Under the pieces are notes generated by a model, which saw nothing but the letters and a program-made list of their open reading frames with translations, had not been told where the DNA came from and ran no database searches. The translations under genes were made by a program, and so were the position numbers. Of a stretch of DNA of 64,000 nucleotides, positions 1-9,516 are shown piece after piece. This DNA is from Deltaproteobacteria bacterium (lineage in GTDB: Bacteria; Myxococcota_A; UBA9160; SMWR01). The number at the start of each line of letters is the position of its first letter. Within the stretch, counting starts at the first letter, position 1. The DNA lies in contig JAQBHB010000093.1 in assembly GCA_032128115.1 (NCBI GenBank), positions 177,599 through 241,598 on the forward strand, written 5' to 3'.

Positions 1-2
1 TG

Positions 3-368
3 GTGATTCTGCGACCGCGGATCGGAGACCGCGAGCGCGCCGAGTTCCTGGCTGGCGTCTTCGCCTACGTCGGAGACCCCTACGACTTCCGTTTCGACTT
101 CGCTGATGCGTCCATGCAGGTGTGCACCGAGGTGATCTACCGCGCTCTCAACCGGAAGGGCGGTATCGAATTCGAATTGACGACCCGCGCCGGGCACCCG
201 ACGCTGAGTGCCGATGACGTGGTGAACTACCACCTTTCGACCGGGGGCAACCGATTCGACTTCCTGCTCTACGCCGAGGAGGACCCGGATGCCGACGACC
301 ACCGGGCCCGCGTGCTCGCCGGCGAAGTGGGCGCGAAGCGGATCCAGGCCCTGATGGCGACGCCCTGA
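3..368 (+). CDS. C-terminal part of a permuted papain-like (YiiX/YebB-type NlpC/P60) hydrolase, 5'-truncated by the window edge
   Basis: GDPYDFRFDF...VCTEVIYRAL matches the permuted NlpC/P60 'G.PYDF.F....yCSE' motif. Confidence 0.7.
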   Translation: MILRPRIGDRERAEFLAGVFAYVGDPYDFRFDFADASMQVCTEVIYRALNRKGGIEFELTTRAGHPTLSADDVVNYHLSTGGNRFDFLLYAEEDPDADDHRARVLAGEVGAKRIQALMATP

Positions 369-417
369 CGACGAAAGAACAAGACGACGAGAGAACAAGA
401 CGACGAAAGAACAAGAC
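367..417. repeat. 16-bp tandem repeat x3 (GACGACGARAGAACAA)
   Basis: units 367-382, 383-398, 399-414 plus GAC, read directly. Confidence 0.95.
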
Positions 418-429
418 AAGGAAACACCC

Positions 430-1233
430 ATGAGCTACGTCCGCATCGAGAAGCCGCGCCCGCACACCCGTGTCATCGTGATGGACCGCCCCGAGCGCAT
501 GAACTCCATGGCGTTCGAGCTGGTGGCGCCGCTTCACGAGGCCATCGCGGAGGTGGCGGCCGACAATGATGCCTGGTGCGTGGTGCTCACGGGCGTGGGC
601 AAGGCGTTCTGCGCCGGGGCCGACACCCAGAACGGCGAGCCCCCGCCCAACATCGAAGGGTTGACGCTGACCCGGATTGCCACCCGGGCCATGACGATCC
701 TTGCCGACCTGGTGCCCAGCCTGCGGCGCATGCCCCAGCCGGTGATCTGCGCCGTGAACGGCGCCGCCATCGGGGGCGGGCTGTGCCTCACCCTGGGTGC
801 AGACATCCGGATCGCGGGCGAATCGGCCTATTTTCGGGCGGCGGGCATCAACAACGGACTCACGGCCACCGAGCTGGGCCTGAGCTTCCTGCTGTCCCGG
901 GCCATTGGCAGTTCGCGCGCCTTCGAAATCGCCCTGTCGGGGCGGGACGTCTCGGCCCGCGAGGCCGCGGAGATGGGACTGGTGTCGCGCACCGTCCCGG
1001 ATGATGCCCTGCTCGACACCGCACTCGACCTGGCGGAGCAGATCAACGGCTGGAGCACCCAGGGGGTCGCCCTGACGAAGCGCATGCTGTGGGCGGGCCT
1101 GGAGACGAGCAGCCTGCAAGCCGCCATCGAGCTGGAGAGCCACACCCAGCTGTTCATCCGCATGACGACCCAGAACTTCGAAGAAGCGACTCGCGCGCGA
1201 AAAGCGGGCCGAAAACCCGATTTCAAGGACTAG
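430..1233 (+). CDS. enoyl-CoA hydratase/isomerase (crotonase) family protein
   Basis: DRPERMNS, AFCAGAD, AVNGAAIGGG motifs. Confidence 0.93.
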   Translation: MSYVRIEKPRPHTRVIVMDRPERMNSMAFELVAPLHEAIAEVAADNDAWCVVLTGVGKAFCAGADTQNGEPPPNIEGLTLTRIATRAMTILADLVPSLRRMPQPVICAVNGAAIGGGLCLTLGADIRIAGESAYFRAAGINNGLTATELGLSFLLSRAIGSSRAFEIALSGRDVSAREAAEMGLVSRTVPDDALLDTALDLAEQINGWSTQGVALTKRMLWAGLETSSLQAAIELESHTQLFIRMTTQNFEEATRARKAGRKPDFKD

Positions 1234-1254
1234 CCCCACGCAGCGAGGAGCACC

Positions 1255-2268
1255 ATGAAGGTCGACGGATCCCTGCTCGTGGACGACCCGGCCGACGCCG
1301 GACCGGCCGCCCAGCGCCTCGAGGCGGCGGGCTACGACGGCGGCTTCAGCTTCGAGGGTCGCCACGATCCGTTCCTGCCCCTGGCGGTGGCAGCCCAACA
1401 GACCACGACCCTGGAGCTCGTGCCCGCCATCGCCATCGCCTTCGCCCGCAACCCCATGCTGCTCGCGAACCTGGGTTACGACATGCAGCTGCTGTCGAAG
1501 GGGCGATTCATCCTCGGGCTCGGCAGCCAGATCCGACCCCACATCCAGAAGCGCTTCTCCATGGAATGGTCGCGACCGGCCGCGCGCATGCGCGAGATGG
1601 TGTGGGCGATCCGCGCCATCTGGGATTGCTGGCAGAACGGGACGCCGCTGGATTTCCGGGGCGAGTTCTACACCCACACGCTGATGCCGCCGGTGTTCAA
1701 CCCCGGCCCGAATCCCTTCGGGCTGCCCCGCATCTTCTGTGCCGGCGTGGGTCCGCGCATGACCGAGGTGGCGGGCGAGGTGGCCGACGGCTTCTTCGTT
1801 CACCCGTTCCACACCGCGGAGTTCTTGCGCGAAGTCTCCCTGCCCTCGCTCGAGAAGGGCCTGTCCCGGGCCGGACGCCCGCGAGATCGGTTCGAGATCT
1901 CGTGTCAGGCGATCCTGGCCACCGGAACCAGCGAAGAGGAGATCCTGGCCGCGCGCAACGGCGCCCGGGCCCAGATCTCGTTCTACGGGTCGACTCCCGC
2001 CTACCGCCCGGTGCTCGAGCACTGCGGGCGCGGCGAGCTGCAGACCGAGCTGAATCGGCTCTCGAAGTCGGGCAACTGGCTCGAGATGGCGGGGCTCATC
2101 GATGACGATCTGCTCGACCGGATCGCCGTGACCGGTCCGCGCAGCGAAATCGCCGGCGCGTTGCGGTCGCGCTTCGCCGGACTGGCCGACCGGGTGAGCC
2201 TGATCGCCCCATTCTCTCCCGAGGGGGAACTCTGGGCCGACGTGGTGAAGGAACTCCACTTGGCCTGA
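1255..2268 (+). CDS. LLM class F420-dependent oxidoreductase (TIGR03617-like)
   Basis: EGRHDPFLPLA, AIAFARNPM, GRFILGLGSQIRPHIQKRFS; SD GAGGAG. Confidence 0.9.
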   Translation: MKVDGSLLVDDPADAGPAAQRLEAAGYDGGFSFEGRHDPFLPLAVAAQQTTTLELVPAIAIAFARNPMLLANLGYDMQLLSKGRFILGLGSQIRPHIQKRFSMEWSRPAARMREMVWAIRAIWDCWQNGTPLDFRGEFYTHTLMPPVFNPGPNPFGLPRIFCAGVGPRMTEVAGEVADGFFVHPFHTAEFLREVSLPSLEKGLSRAGRPRDRFEISCQAILATGTSEEEILAARNGARAQISFYGSTPAYRPVLEHCGRGELQTELNRLSKSGNWLEMAGLIDDDLLDRIAVTGPRSEIAGALRSRFAGLADRVSLIAPFSPEGELWADVVKELHLA

Positions 2269-2403
2269 GGTCCGACGGATGGGCCAACCAGCCCGGCCAA
2301 ACGCCGTTCTGATCGTTCCCGGCGGCCCTTGCGACTTTCGTGCGGCTCCCGGTCCGCGTAGGATCGGGGGCCCTGCTGTAGCGGAACTGGACCTGGAGGA
2401 AGC

Positions 2404-4116
2404 ATGGCCCTGGAAGCTGGTGAAACCCGAGAACGACTCCGTGAGCTCGAGCTGTTCCGCGATTGCGACGACGCCGATCTCGATCGGGTTTCTGCGGTGG
2501 CCAGGGTCCAGGCGCGCTTCGAGCCTGGCGAGGTCCTCTACACCGAGGGCGAGCCCGCTCGCGATTGCTATCTGATCGTCGAGGGGGAAGCCGAGATCAC
2601 CATCGCCGGGCGCTTCCTGGGCAGCAGCGGGGAGGGCGAGAGCATCGGCGAGATGGGCCTGCTGCATCGCGTGCCGCGAACCGCCACGGTGACGGCCCGC
2701 ACGCCGGTCACGGTGCAGGTGATCGACGCCCAGGGTTTCGAACGCTTGTTGGACGAGGCGCCATCGGTGACCCGTGCCCTGCTTCGCCAGGTGAGTCGGC
2801 GCCTGGTCGAGCGCAGCGAGACGGTGGCCCACCTGGCTGCGCTCGCCGACGAAACCACCGTGCACGTCGGTGCAGAGTCCGCTCCGGCACCGCGGGCGAA
2901 GCCCGATCGGGTGCTACTCGATCCGAGCGCGCCGGGTTTCTTCGCAAATCCATACCTCCAGTACGCCGCATTGCGTGAGCACGACCCGGTGCACCACGAC
3001 ACGCTGCAGGATACCTGGCTTCTCTCCCGCTACACGGACGTGGTCGCGCTGGGGCGCAACAAGGACCTCGCGGTCGAGATCGAGCACGCGAGCGAGAGTC
3101 CCTACGTGGACATGGAGCGCGAGCGCTTGCGGCGCATGCAGGGACGACAGACCAAGATGATGTTCCGGCGCGATCCACCGAACCACACGCGGCTGCGGCG
3201 CCAGGTCTACAAGCAGTTCACGCCCAAGGCGGTGAAGGCCCTGCGGCCGCGCCTGCAATCCCTGGTGGATCGAACCCTGGATCAGCTGGCGCGGAAGGCC
3301 GAAGCCGATCTGATCGAGGACTTCGCCTTCCCGCTCCCGCTGGCCGTGATCTCCGACATGCTGGGCATGCCCGAGGGAGACGAGGCCTCGATTCGCGGCT
3401 GGTCCCAGGCGATCACGAAGGCCATCGATCCGTCCATCACGGAGGCCGAGATGGAGGCTTCCGTCGTCGCATCGGACGCCATGTGCGAGTACCTGATCGG
3501 TGTGATCCGTGACAAACGGTCGAACCCAGCGGACGACATGCTCTCGATGCTGGCGTCGCTCGCCGACGCTCGAGACGAGCTCAACGAAGACGAGCTGGTA
3601 GACCAGCTCATGCTGCTCTACATCGCGGGCCACGAGACCACGGTGAACCTGATCGGAAACGGCACCCTGGCCCTGCTGCGCCAGCCCGAACAGTTCGAGC
3701 GGCTGCGCCTGGACCCGGCGCTGCTTGCCAATGCGGTGGAGGAGCTTCTCCGCTTCGACAGCCCGGCCCAGTTCACGCGGCGGATCGCGAAGCAGGACCT
3801 GGAGGTTGGCGGCCAGCGCATTCCCGCCGGTGCCGTGATCTTCGGCAGCCTGGGCGCGGCCAACCGCGATCCGGCGAGATGGGGCCCGGACGCCGACCGT
3901 CTGGACGTGGCGCGCCGGGGCGCCCACGAGCACGTCTCGTTCGGAGGCGGGATCCACCACTGCCTGGGCGCTTCCCTGGTGCGGCTGGAAGGCCAGGTGG
4001 CATTGGGGAGCCTGGTGCAGCGTTTCCCGCGCATGCAGCTCGGTGCCGAGCCCGAGTTTTCGCCCCGCATGACCTTGCGCGGACTCAGCGCCCTTCGTGT
4101 CTCGCTCGGCACGTGA
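2404..4116 (+). CDS. cyclic-nucleotide-binding domain fused to cytochrome P450
   Basis: N-term LELFRDC...GEMGLLHRVPRTATV (cNMP domain); C-term AGHETT, EELLR, FGGGIHHCLG (P450); SD GGAGGA; single uninterrupted ORF. Confidence 0.92.
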   Translation: MALEAGETRERLRELELFRDCDDADLDRVSAVARVQARFEPGEVLYTEGEPARDCYLIVEGEAEITIAGRFLGSSGEGESIGEMGLLHRVPRTATVTARTPVTVQVIDAQGFERLLDEAPSVTRALLRQVSRRLVERSETVAHLAALADETTVHVGAESAPAPRAKPDRVLLDPSAPGFFANPYLQYAALREHDPVHHDTLQDTWLLSRYTDVVALGRNKDLAVEIEHASESPYVDMERERLRRMQGRQTKMMFRRDPPNHTRLRRQVYKQFTPKAVKALRPRLQSLVDRTLDQLARKAEADLIEDFAFPLPLAVISDMLGMPEGDEASIRGWSQAITKAIDPSITEAEMEASVVASDAMCEYLIGVIRDKRSNPADDMLSMLASLADARDELNEDELVDQLMLLYIAGHETTVNLIGNGTLALLRQPEQFERLRLDPALLANAVEELLRFDSPAQFTRRIAKQDLEVGGQRIPAGAVIFGSLGAANRDPARWGPDADRLDVARRGAHEHVSFGGGIHHCLGASLVRLEGQVALGSLVQRFPRMQLGAEPEFSPRMTLRGLSALRVSLGT

Positions 4117-4529
4117 GGCGCCTGTCGGTCGGGAGAGATGTAGAGGCGAACTGCCGCAAGTGCGGTGAGGTGTGGCACGTGGTGGTGGCACTCGCAGCAG
4201 GGGAGGTCGCCAAGGTGGAGTGCAAGCAATGCGGCGCCCGCCATCGCTACCGGCCCGTGGATGGGCACGCCGCCCCGGCAGCGTCGCGCCGGGTCGTCGG
4301 GAGCCGGCCGGCGCGCGGGCGTCGGGTCGAGAAGCGTTCCGTGGTGGAGGCCAACGCGTCGCGCCCCCAGCGCAGCTTCCGTATCACCGACCGCTACGAG
4401 GTGGGTGATCGGATCGTGCACGCGAGCTTCGGCAAGGGCGTGGTGCAGGCCGTCACCGGCGCCACCAAGATCGAGGTGCTCTTCGAAGCGGGCCGCAAGG
4501 TCCTGGTGCACGGACGCGGCCCCCGCTGA
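4113..4529 (+). CDS. conserved hypothetical protein: N-terminal zinc ribbon plus C-terminal Tudor/UvrD-C-like domain
   Basis: GTG overlaps the P450 stop (GTGA); CRKC...CKQC; YEVGDRIVHASFGKGVV...IEVLF. Confidence 0.7.
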   Translation: MRRLSVGRDVEANCRKCGEVWHVVVALAAGEVAKVECKQCGARHRYRPVDGHAAPAASRRVVGSRPARGRRVEKRSVVEANASRPQRSFRITDRYEVGDRIVHASFGKGVVQAVTGATKIEVLFEAGRKVLVHGRGPR

Positions 4530-4609
4530 GAACCGCGGCGGCTGGGTCGTTGGCCGTGGGCGGATTTCAGCTGGAGCCTGGCAACGCGCCGTTCCGGACA
4601 CCGCCCGCC

Positions 4610-4681
4610 AGGAGGCATCCATGAGCGAGGAGGCATCCATGATCGAGGAGGAATCCATCAGCGAGGAGGAATCCATGAGCG
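4610..4681 (+). repeat. 18-bp tandem repeat x4, each unit an RBS plus start-codon position (AGGAGGMATCCATSAKCG)
   Basis: units 4610-4627, 4628-4645, 4646-4663, 4664-4681; in-frame ATGs at 4621, 4639, 4675 (third unit has ATC). Confidence 0.95.
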
Positions 4682-6948
4682 CCACCCCGTCCGGCTCCGG
4701 AGCCTGGAAGCCGACCGCCTGCATCCTGTGTGAGTGCAACTGCGGAATCGAGATCCAGCTGGGCGGGGATGACGGCCGCCACTTCACGAGGATCCGCGGC
4801 GACAAGGCGCATCCTGCCTCCCAGGGTTACGCGTGCGAGAAGCCGTCGCGCCTGGACTACTACCAGAACGGCCGCGATCGCCTGATGGTGCCCCTGCGCC
4901 GCCGCGAAGACGGGAGCTACGAAGAGATCGACTGGGACACGGCCATCCGCGAGGTGGCCGCGCGCTTCGCCGCGATTCGTGACGAACACGGGGGAGCCTC
5001 GATCTTCTACTACGGCGGAGGCGGCCAGGGGAATCACCTGCCCGCTGCCTACTCACGCTCCACCCGGGCGGTGCTGGGTTCCAGCTTTCGTTCCAACGCG
5101 CTCGCCCAGGAGAAGACCGGCGAGTTCTGGGTGAGCGGCAAGATGACGGGAGCCTTCACCCGGGCCGATTTCGAGAACTGCGAGGTGGGGGTATTCATCG
5201 GCAAGAACCCCTGGTTCTCCCACGGCATTCCCCGCGCCCGGGTGACACTGCGCGAAATCGCCAAGGACCCTGGCCGCTGCATGATCGTGATCGACCCTCG
5301 CCGCTCCGAGACGGCGGAGCTGGCGGACATCCACCTGCAGGTGAAGCCCGGTACCGACGCCTGGCTGCTAGCCGCCATGGTGGGCGTGCTGGTACAGGAG
5401 GATCTGCTCGCCCACGACTGGCTGGGCGCGCACACCGAAGGCCTGGATCGGGTGCTGCCCTACTTCTCGGAATTGCCCGTGGACCGCTACTGCCGGGCGA
5501 GCGGCGTGTCCGAGGAGCTGGTTCGCCGAGCCACCCGCCGCATCGCCCAGGCAGCGAGCACCGCGTTTTTCGAGGACCTGGGCGTGCAGATGAATCGCCA
5601 CTCCACGTTGGTGAGTTACCTGCACCGATTGCTGTGCTTCGGCACGGGAAACTTCGGAAAGAGGGGCGCCGGCTACTCGCCGGCCTCTCTCCAGCCCCTG
5701 GCGGGCGGCGCGGGTCAGGCAGGGCGCACCAGCCCGGTGACGGGCTCGCGCATCATCGGAGGCCTGACCCCCTGCAACGTGATCCCGGACGAGATCCTCA
5801 CGGACCACCCGGACCGTTTCCGCGCCATGCTGGTCGAGAGCGCCAATCCCGCCCACTCGCTGGCAGACGGCCCGCGGATGCGCGAGTGCCTTGGCGCCCT
5901 GGAGCTATTGGTGGTGATCGACGTGGCCATGAGTGAGACCGCGCGCCTGGCCGACTATGTGCTGCCGGTGTCGACCCAGTTCGAAAAGGCGGAGGCCACC
6001 TTCTTCAACTTCGAATTCCCGAGCAACTACTTCCACCTGCGCCGGCCCCTGCTGGAGCCACCGGAGGGCCTCTTCTCCGAGGCCGAGCTGCACGCGCGCC
6101 TGCTGGAGGCCATGGGCGCGCTGCCCGAGCCCGCGGTCAAGACCCTGCGCGAGGCCTGGGACCAGGGACGGACGGAGTTCCGCGAAAAATTCTTCGAACT
6201 GCTGGCAAACGATCCGGGCTTCTTCTCCCTGGCCCCGGTGATCCTCTATCGCGCCATCGGCGACAAGCTGCCCCACCGCCTGGCCGAGGGAGCGGTGGTA
6301 TGGGCCCTGGCGCACGTGGCCGCCCAGCGGGCGCCCGACTCGATCCGGCGCGCGGGTTTCGAAGGCGAGGGCCTCGACCTGGGCGATGCGCTGTTCGACG
6401 GCATCCTCGCTGGGAAGAGTGGCGTGATCTTCTCGGTCGACGACTGGGAGGAGAGCTGGAGCCGGCTCGCAACGCCGAACGGCCGCATCCAGCTGGCGGT
6501 GCCGGAGCTCTTCGACGAACTGGTGGGCCTGGCCAGCGAGGAGCCTCCGGCCTCGAACGCCGAGTATCCCTTCGTGCTGTCCGCCGGGGAGCGGCGCGCG
6601 TTCACGGCCAACACCATCGTCCGCGACCCGGACTGGCGAAAGAAGGGCCGAAGCGGTGCCCTGCGCATGAATCCCGAGGACGCCGCGCGCATCGGCGTCG
6701 AAGACGGGGGCCTCGCCCGACTCTCCACGCGCCGGGGAAGCGCCGAGGTGGCCATCGAGATCTCCGACCGCATGCAACCCGGGCACGTCTCGCTTCCGAA
6801 CGGCCTGGGCCTCGACTACCCGGACGATCGCGGCAAGCGGGCCGCCACGGGAATCGCGCCCAACGAGCTCACGGCCTCGGAAGACCGCGACTGGCTGGCC
6901 GGCACCCCGTGGCACAAGCATACGCCGGCGCAAATCGAGTCGATCTGA
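4675..6948 (+). CDS. molybdopterin-dependent oxidoreductase (DMSO reductase superfamily) with N-terminal [4Fe-4S] motif; alternative starts 4621/4639
   Basis: TACILCECNCG...GYACEK, IDPRRSETA, C-terminal MGD-binding domain (LRMNPEDAARIGV...MQPGHVSLPNG). Confidence 0.9.
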   Translation: MSATPSGSGAWKPTACILCECNCGIEIQLGGDDGRHFTRIRGDKAHPASQGYACEKPSRLDYYQNGRDRLMVPLRRREDGSYEEIDWDTAIREVAARFAAIRDEHGGASIFYYGGGGQGNHLPAAYSRSTRAVLGSSFRSNALAQEKTGEFWVSGKMTGAFTRADFENCEVGVFIGKNPWFSHGIPRARVTLREIAKDPGRCMIVIDPRRSETAELADIHLQVKPGTDAWLLAAMVGVLVQEDLLAHDWLGAHTEGLDRVLPYFSELPVDRYCRASGVSEELVRRATRRIAQAASTAFFEDLGVQMNRHSTLVSYLHRLLCFGTGNFGKRGAGYSPASLQPLAGGAGQAGRTSPVTGSRIIGGLTPCNVIPDEILTDHPDRFRAMLVESANPAHSLADGPRMRECLGALELLVVIDVAMSETARLADYVLPVSTQFEKAEATFFNFEFPSNYFHLRRPLLEPPEGLFSEAELHARLLEAMGALPEPAVKTLREAWDQGRTEFREKFFELLANDPGFFSLAPVILYRAIGDKLPHRLAEGAVVWALAHVAAQRAPDSIRRAGFEGEGLDLGDALFDGILAGKSGVIFSVDDWEESWSRLATPNGRIQLAVPELFDELVGLASEEPPASNAEYPFVLSAGERRAFTANTIVRDPDWRKKGRSGALRMNPEDAARIGVEDGGLARLSTRRGSAEVAIEISDRMQPGHVSLPNGLGLDYPDDRGKRAATGIAPNELTASEDRDWLAGTPWHKHTPAQIESI

Positions 6949-7003
6949 GAGATCCCAGTCCGAGGGGCCCCAGACCGAGGGGCCCTAGAGGGGCAGGATC
7001 CAT

Positions 7004-7037
7004 GCTATTGAACAAATCCTGACATCTGTTCAATAGC
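7004..7037. promoter_or_regulatory. candidate TetR operator (11-bp inverted repeat)
   Basis: GCTATTGAACA-N12-TGTTCAATAGC immediately upstream of the SD of the P450-TetR operon. Confidence 0.7.
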
Positions 7038-7049
7038 CAGGAGGTCCCC

Positions 7050-8258
7050 ATGGCGAACGCCGACCAGGCCGTCTTCGAGCCGTGCAGCGCCGAAACCTGG
7101 CGCAATCCCTTCCCCATGTACGCAGCCCTGCGCGATCACGATCCGGTCCACCACGTGCCGGACAACGGCGAAGGCGAGGACTACTGGGTGCTGTCGCGCT
7201 TCCAGCACATCTTCGATGCCGCCGTCGACGCCGCGAGCTTCAGCTCGGCCCAGGGTCTCACCTTCGCGTATGGCGAAATGGAGAAGGTCGGCGTCGAGGC
7301 GCCCGTGGTGATGATGGATCCGCCCGAGCACACGCGGCTGCGCAAGCTCGCGATCAAGCGATTCACGCCCCAGCGGGTGCAGGCGCTGGAGCCCATGCTT
7401 CGCGAGTTCGTGGTGGAGCGAGTCGAGCGCCTGCGCGAGATGGGCGAGGGTGACATCGTGGCCGAGCTGCTCAAGCCCCTGCCGAGTCTGGTGGTGGCCC
7501 ACTTCCTGGGCGTCCCCCGGGAAGACCGGACGCTTTTCGACCGCTGGACCCAGGCCATCGTGGCCGCCAATGCCATCGGCGACGTGCTTTCGGCGGCCGA
7601 AGCCGTGGGCGAGATGTTCGGCTACTTCAACCGCCTGATCGCGAAGCGCCGCACGGACCCAGGCGAGGATCTCATCTCGGCACTGGTCCACGGCAGGATC
7701 CAGGGTCGCGAGGTGGGATTGGCGCAGATCCTGGGCTTCGGATTCACCATGGTGACCGGAGGCAACGACACCACCACCGGACTGTTGGGCGGCGCCGTCG
7801 AACTGCTGACGCGCCACCCGGACCAGCGCGCGCTGCTGCTCGCGGACCCGGAACGCACGAAGGACGCCGTGGACGAGTTCCTGCGCCTCACCGCCCCCGT
7901 GCAGGGCCTGGCGCGGATGACGACCCGAGACGTGGAAGTCGAGGGCCGCGGGATTCCGGCGGGCCGCAAGGTGATGCTGCTCTACGCCTCGGCGAACCGC
8001 GACGAGCGCGAATTCGGGCCGCGCGCGGCCGAGTGCGATGTCCTGCGCCGGCCCAGGCGCATCCTGAGCTTCAGCTATGGGCCTCATCATTGCATCGGCG
8101 CCGCCGCCGCTCGTCTCCAGGCCCGGATCGCGCTGGAGGAGTTGCTGGCTCGCTGCCCCGAGTACAGCGTGGACGCCGAGCGCGGACGCTATGCACCGGG
8201 CCACTTCGTGCGGCGTTTCGAATCGCTGCCGTTTCGCGCGAAAGGTGGCGTGCGGTGA
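7050..8258 (+). CDS. cytochrome P450, CYP130-like
   Basis: I-helix [26 protein letters not shown]; coupled to an Rv1255c-like TetR as in mycobacteria. Confidence 0.9.
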   Translation: MANADQAVFEPCSAETWRNPFPMYAALRDHDPVHHVPDNGEGEDYWVLSRFQHIFDAAVDAASFSSAQGLTFAYGEMEKVGVEAPVVMMDPPEHTRLRKLAIKRFTPQRVQALEPMLREFVVERVERLREMGEGDIVAELLKPLPSLVVAHFLGVPREDRTLFDRWTQAIVAANAIGDVLSAAEAVGEMFGYFNRLIAKRRTDPGEDLISALVHGRIQGREVGLAQILGFGFTMVTGGNDTTTGLLGGAVELLTRHPDQRALLLADPERTKDAVDEFLRLTAPVQGLARMTTRDVEVEGRGIPAGRKVMLLYASANRDEREFGPRAAECDVLRRPRRILSFSYGPHHCIGAAAARLQARIALEELLARCPEYSVDAERGRYAPGHFVRRFESLPFRAKGGVR

Positions 8259-8815
8259 CCAGCGCCTGGCTCCGCGAGGAACAGCCGGATCTGGCGGCGG
8301 ACCGCATCCTGGATGCTGCGGAGAAGGTCTTCATCGAGCGGGGAGTTTCGTCCGCCGGCATGGCGCAGATCGCCGAGGCCGCGGGATGTTCGCGCGGAAC
8401 CCTTTACCGCTACTTCAAGAACCGCCACGAACTGCACCGGGCCTACGTCAACCGCGAGGCCCTGCGCCTGATCGATCGCATGGGCCGCGACCTCCAGTCC
8501 ATTGCCGATCCCCGCGAGCGCCTGGTGGAGGTCGTCCTGCGATCGGTGCGCGAGGTCCGGAACAACCCGGCTACCGCCGCCTGGTTCGTTTCCGCCGAGG
8601 CCGGTCGGGCAGCCCGGATGTCGCGGAGCTCGGAGCTGATCGACGCGCTGGCCCAGGCATTCGTGAGCCGACTCCCGGCGCCCCACGACCCGCTGCGGGC
8701 CCGCTGGCTGGTGCGGGTGATCGTGTCGCTCCTCAGCATGCCGGGCGAGGACGGCGCCGAGGAGCGCGCCCTGGTGGAGCGCTTCGTGGCGCCGGTGGTG
8801 TTGGGCCAGGCCTGA
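8255..8815 (+). CDS. TetR/AcrR family regulator (Rv1255c-like)
   Basis: GTG overlaps P450 stop; [10 protein letters not shown]...[19 protein letters not shown]. Confidence 0.92.
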   Translation: MTSAWLREEQPDLAADRILDAAEKVFIERGVSSAGMAQIAEAAGCSRGTLYRYFKNRHELHRAYVNREALRLIDRMGRDLQSIADPRERLVEVVLRSVREVRNNPATAAWFVSAEAGRAARMSRSSELIDALAQAFVSRLPAPHDPLRARWLVRVIVSLLSMPGEDGAEERALVERFVAPVVLGQA

Positions 8816-8857
8816 TAGGCTCGCACGCGCAAGCGCCGACAACCGGGAGACCACGCC

Positions 8858-9292
8858 ATGATCGAGAAGACCATCGAAAACTGGCATCGCCATCTCAAGG
8901 GCGAGTTCCCCGGCGGCCTCGACGAGCTGCTGGCCGAAGACGTGGTGTTCTACTCGCCCGTCGTCTTCACGCCCCAGAAGGGGCGCGAAATCACCAAGGC
9001 CTACCTGAACGCCGCCGGGGGCGCCCTGGGCGGGGAGGACTCCTCGGAGTCAGGCTCGTCCGCGGGGGAGAGCCGAAAGTTCCGCTACACCAAGCAGGTG
9101 TTGTCGGGCAACCAGGCTGTCCTGGAGTTCGAGACCTGGGCCGGTGGCAAGTACATCAACGGCGTCGACATCATCTGCTGCAACGACGAGGGGCGCATCG
9201 TCGAGTTCAAGGTGATGATCCGGCCCCTGCAGGCCGTGAATACGGTCCACGGGCAGATGAAGGCCATGCTGGAGAAGATGAACGCCCTCTGA
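8858..9292 (+). CDS. SnoaL/NTF2-like family protein
   Basis: LLAEDVVFYSPVVFTPQKG...NGVDII...EFKVMIRPL. Confidence 0.85.
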   Translation: MIEKTIENWHRHLKGEFPGGLDELLAEDVVFYSPVVFTPQKGREITKAYLNAAGGALGGEDSSESGSSAGESRKFRYTKQVLSGNQAVLEFETWAGGKYINGVDIICCNDEGRIVEFKVMIRPLQAVNTVHGQMKAMLEKMNAL

Positions 9293-9293
9293 G

Positions 9294-9484
9294 TCAGATG
9301 CTCTTCACGATCCGCAAGCAGAGAATCTTCGCGATGTTGAGCAGGAGCCGGGCGGCGACCCGGGGGTCGCTCTTCATGATGTTGCGGATCGTGCCCTCGC
9401 TGAGGCTTAGCACGCGCACACCGTCGGTTGCGGCGTAGACGTCGGCGGTGCGCGGCCCTTCCAGCAGGAAGGCCACCTCCCGAG
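9294..9484 (-). pseudogene. relic: C-terminal half of a cNMP-binding domain protein
   Basis: EVAFLLEGPRTADVYA...VLSLSE...DPRVAARLLLNIAKILCLRI then stop; upstream part replaced by the start of the next gene. Confidence 0.65.
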
Positions 9485-9516
9485 GCCGGAGATCCGGTAC
9501 CCTGGCGACGAAGATC

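Noticed and set aside
367..417. Tandem repeats as a CRISPR array
   Set aside because: Units are contiguous with no unique spacers, and there are no cas genes in the window.
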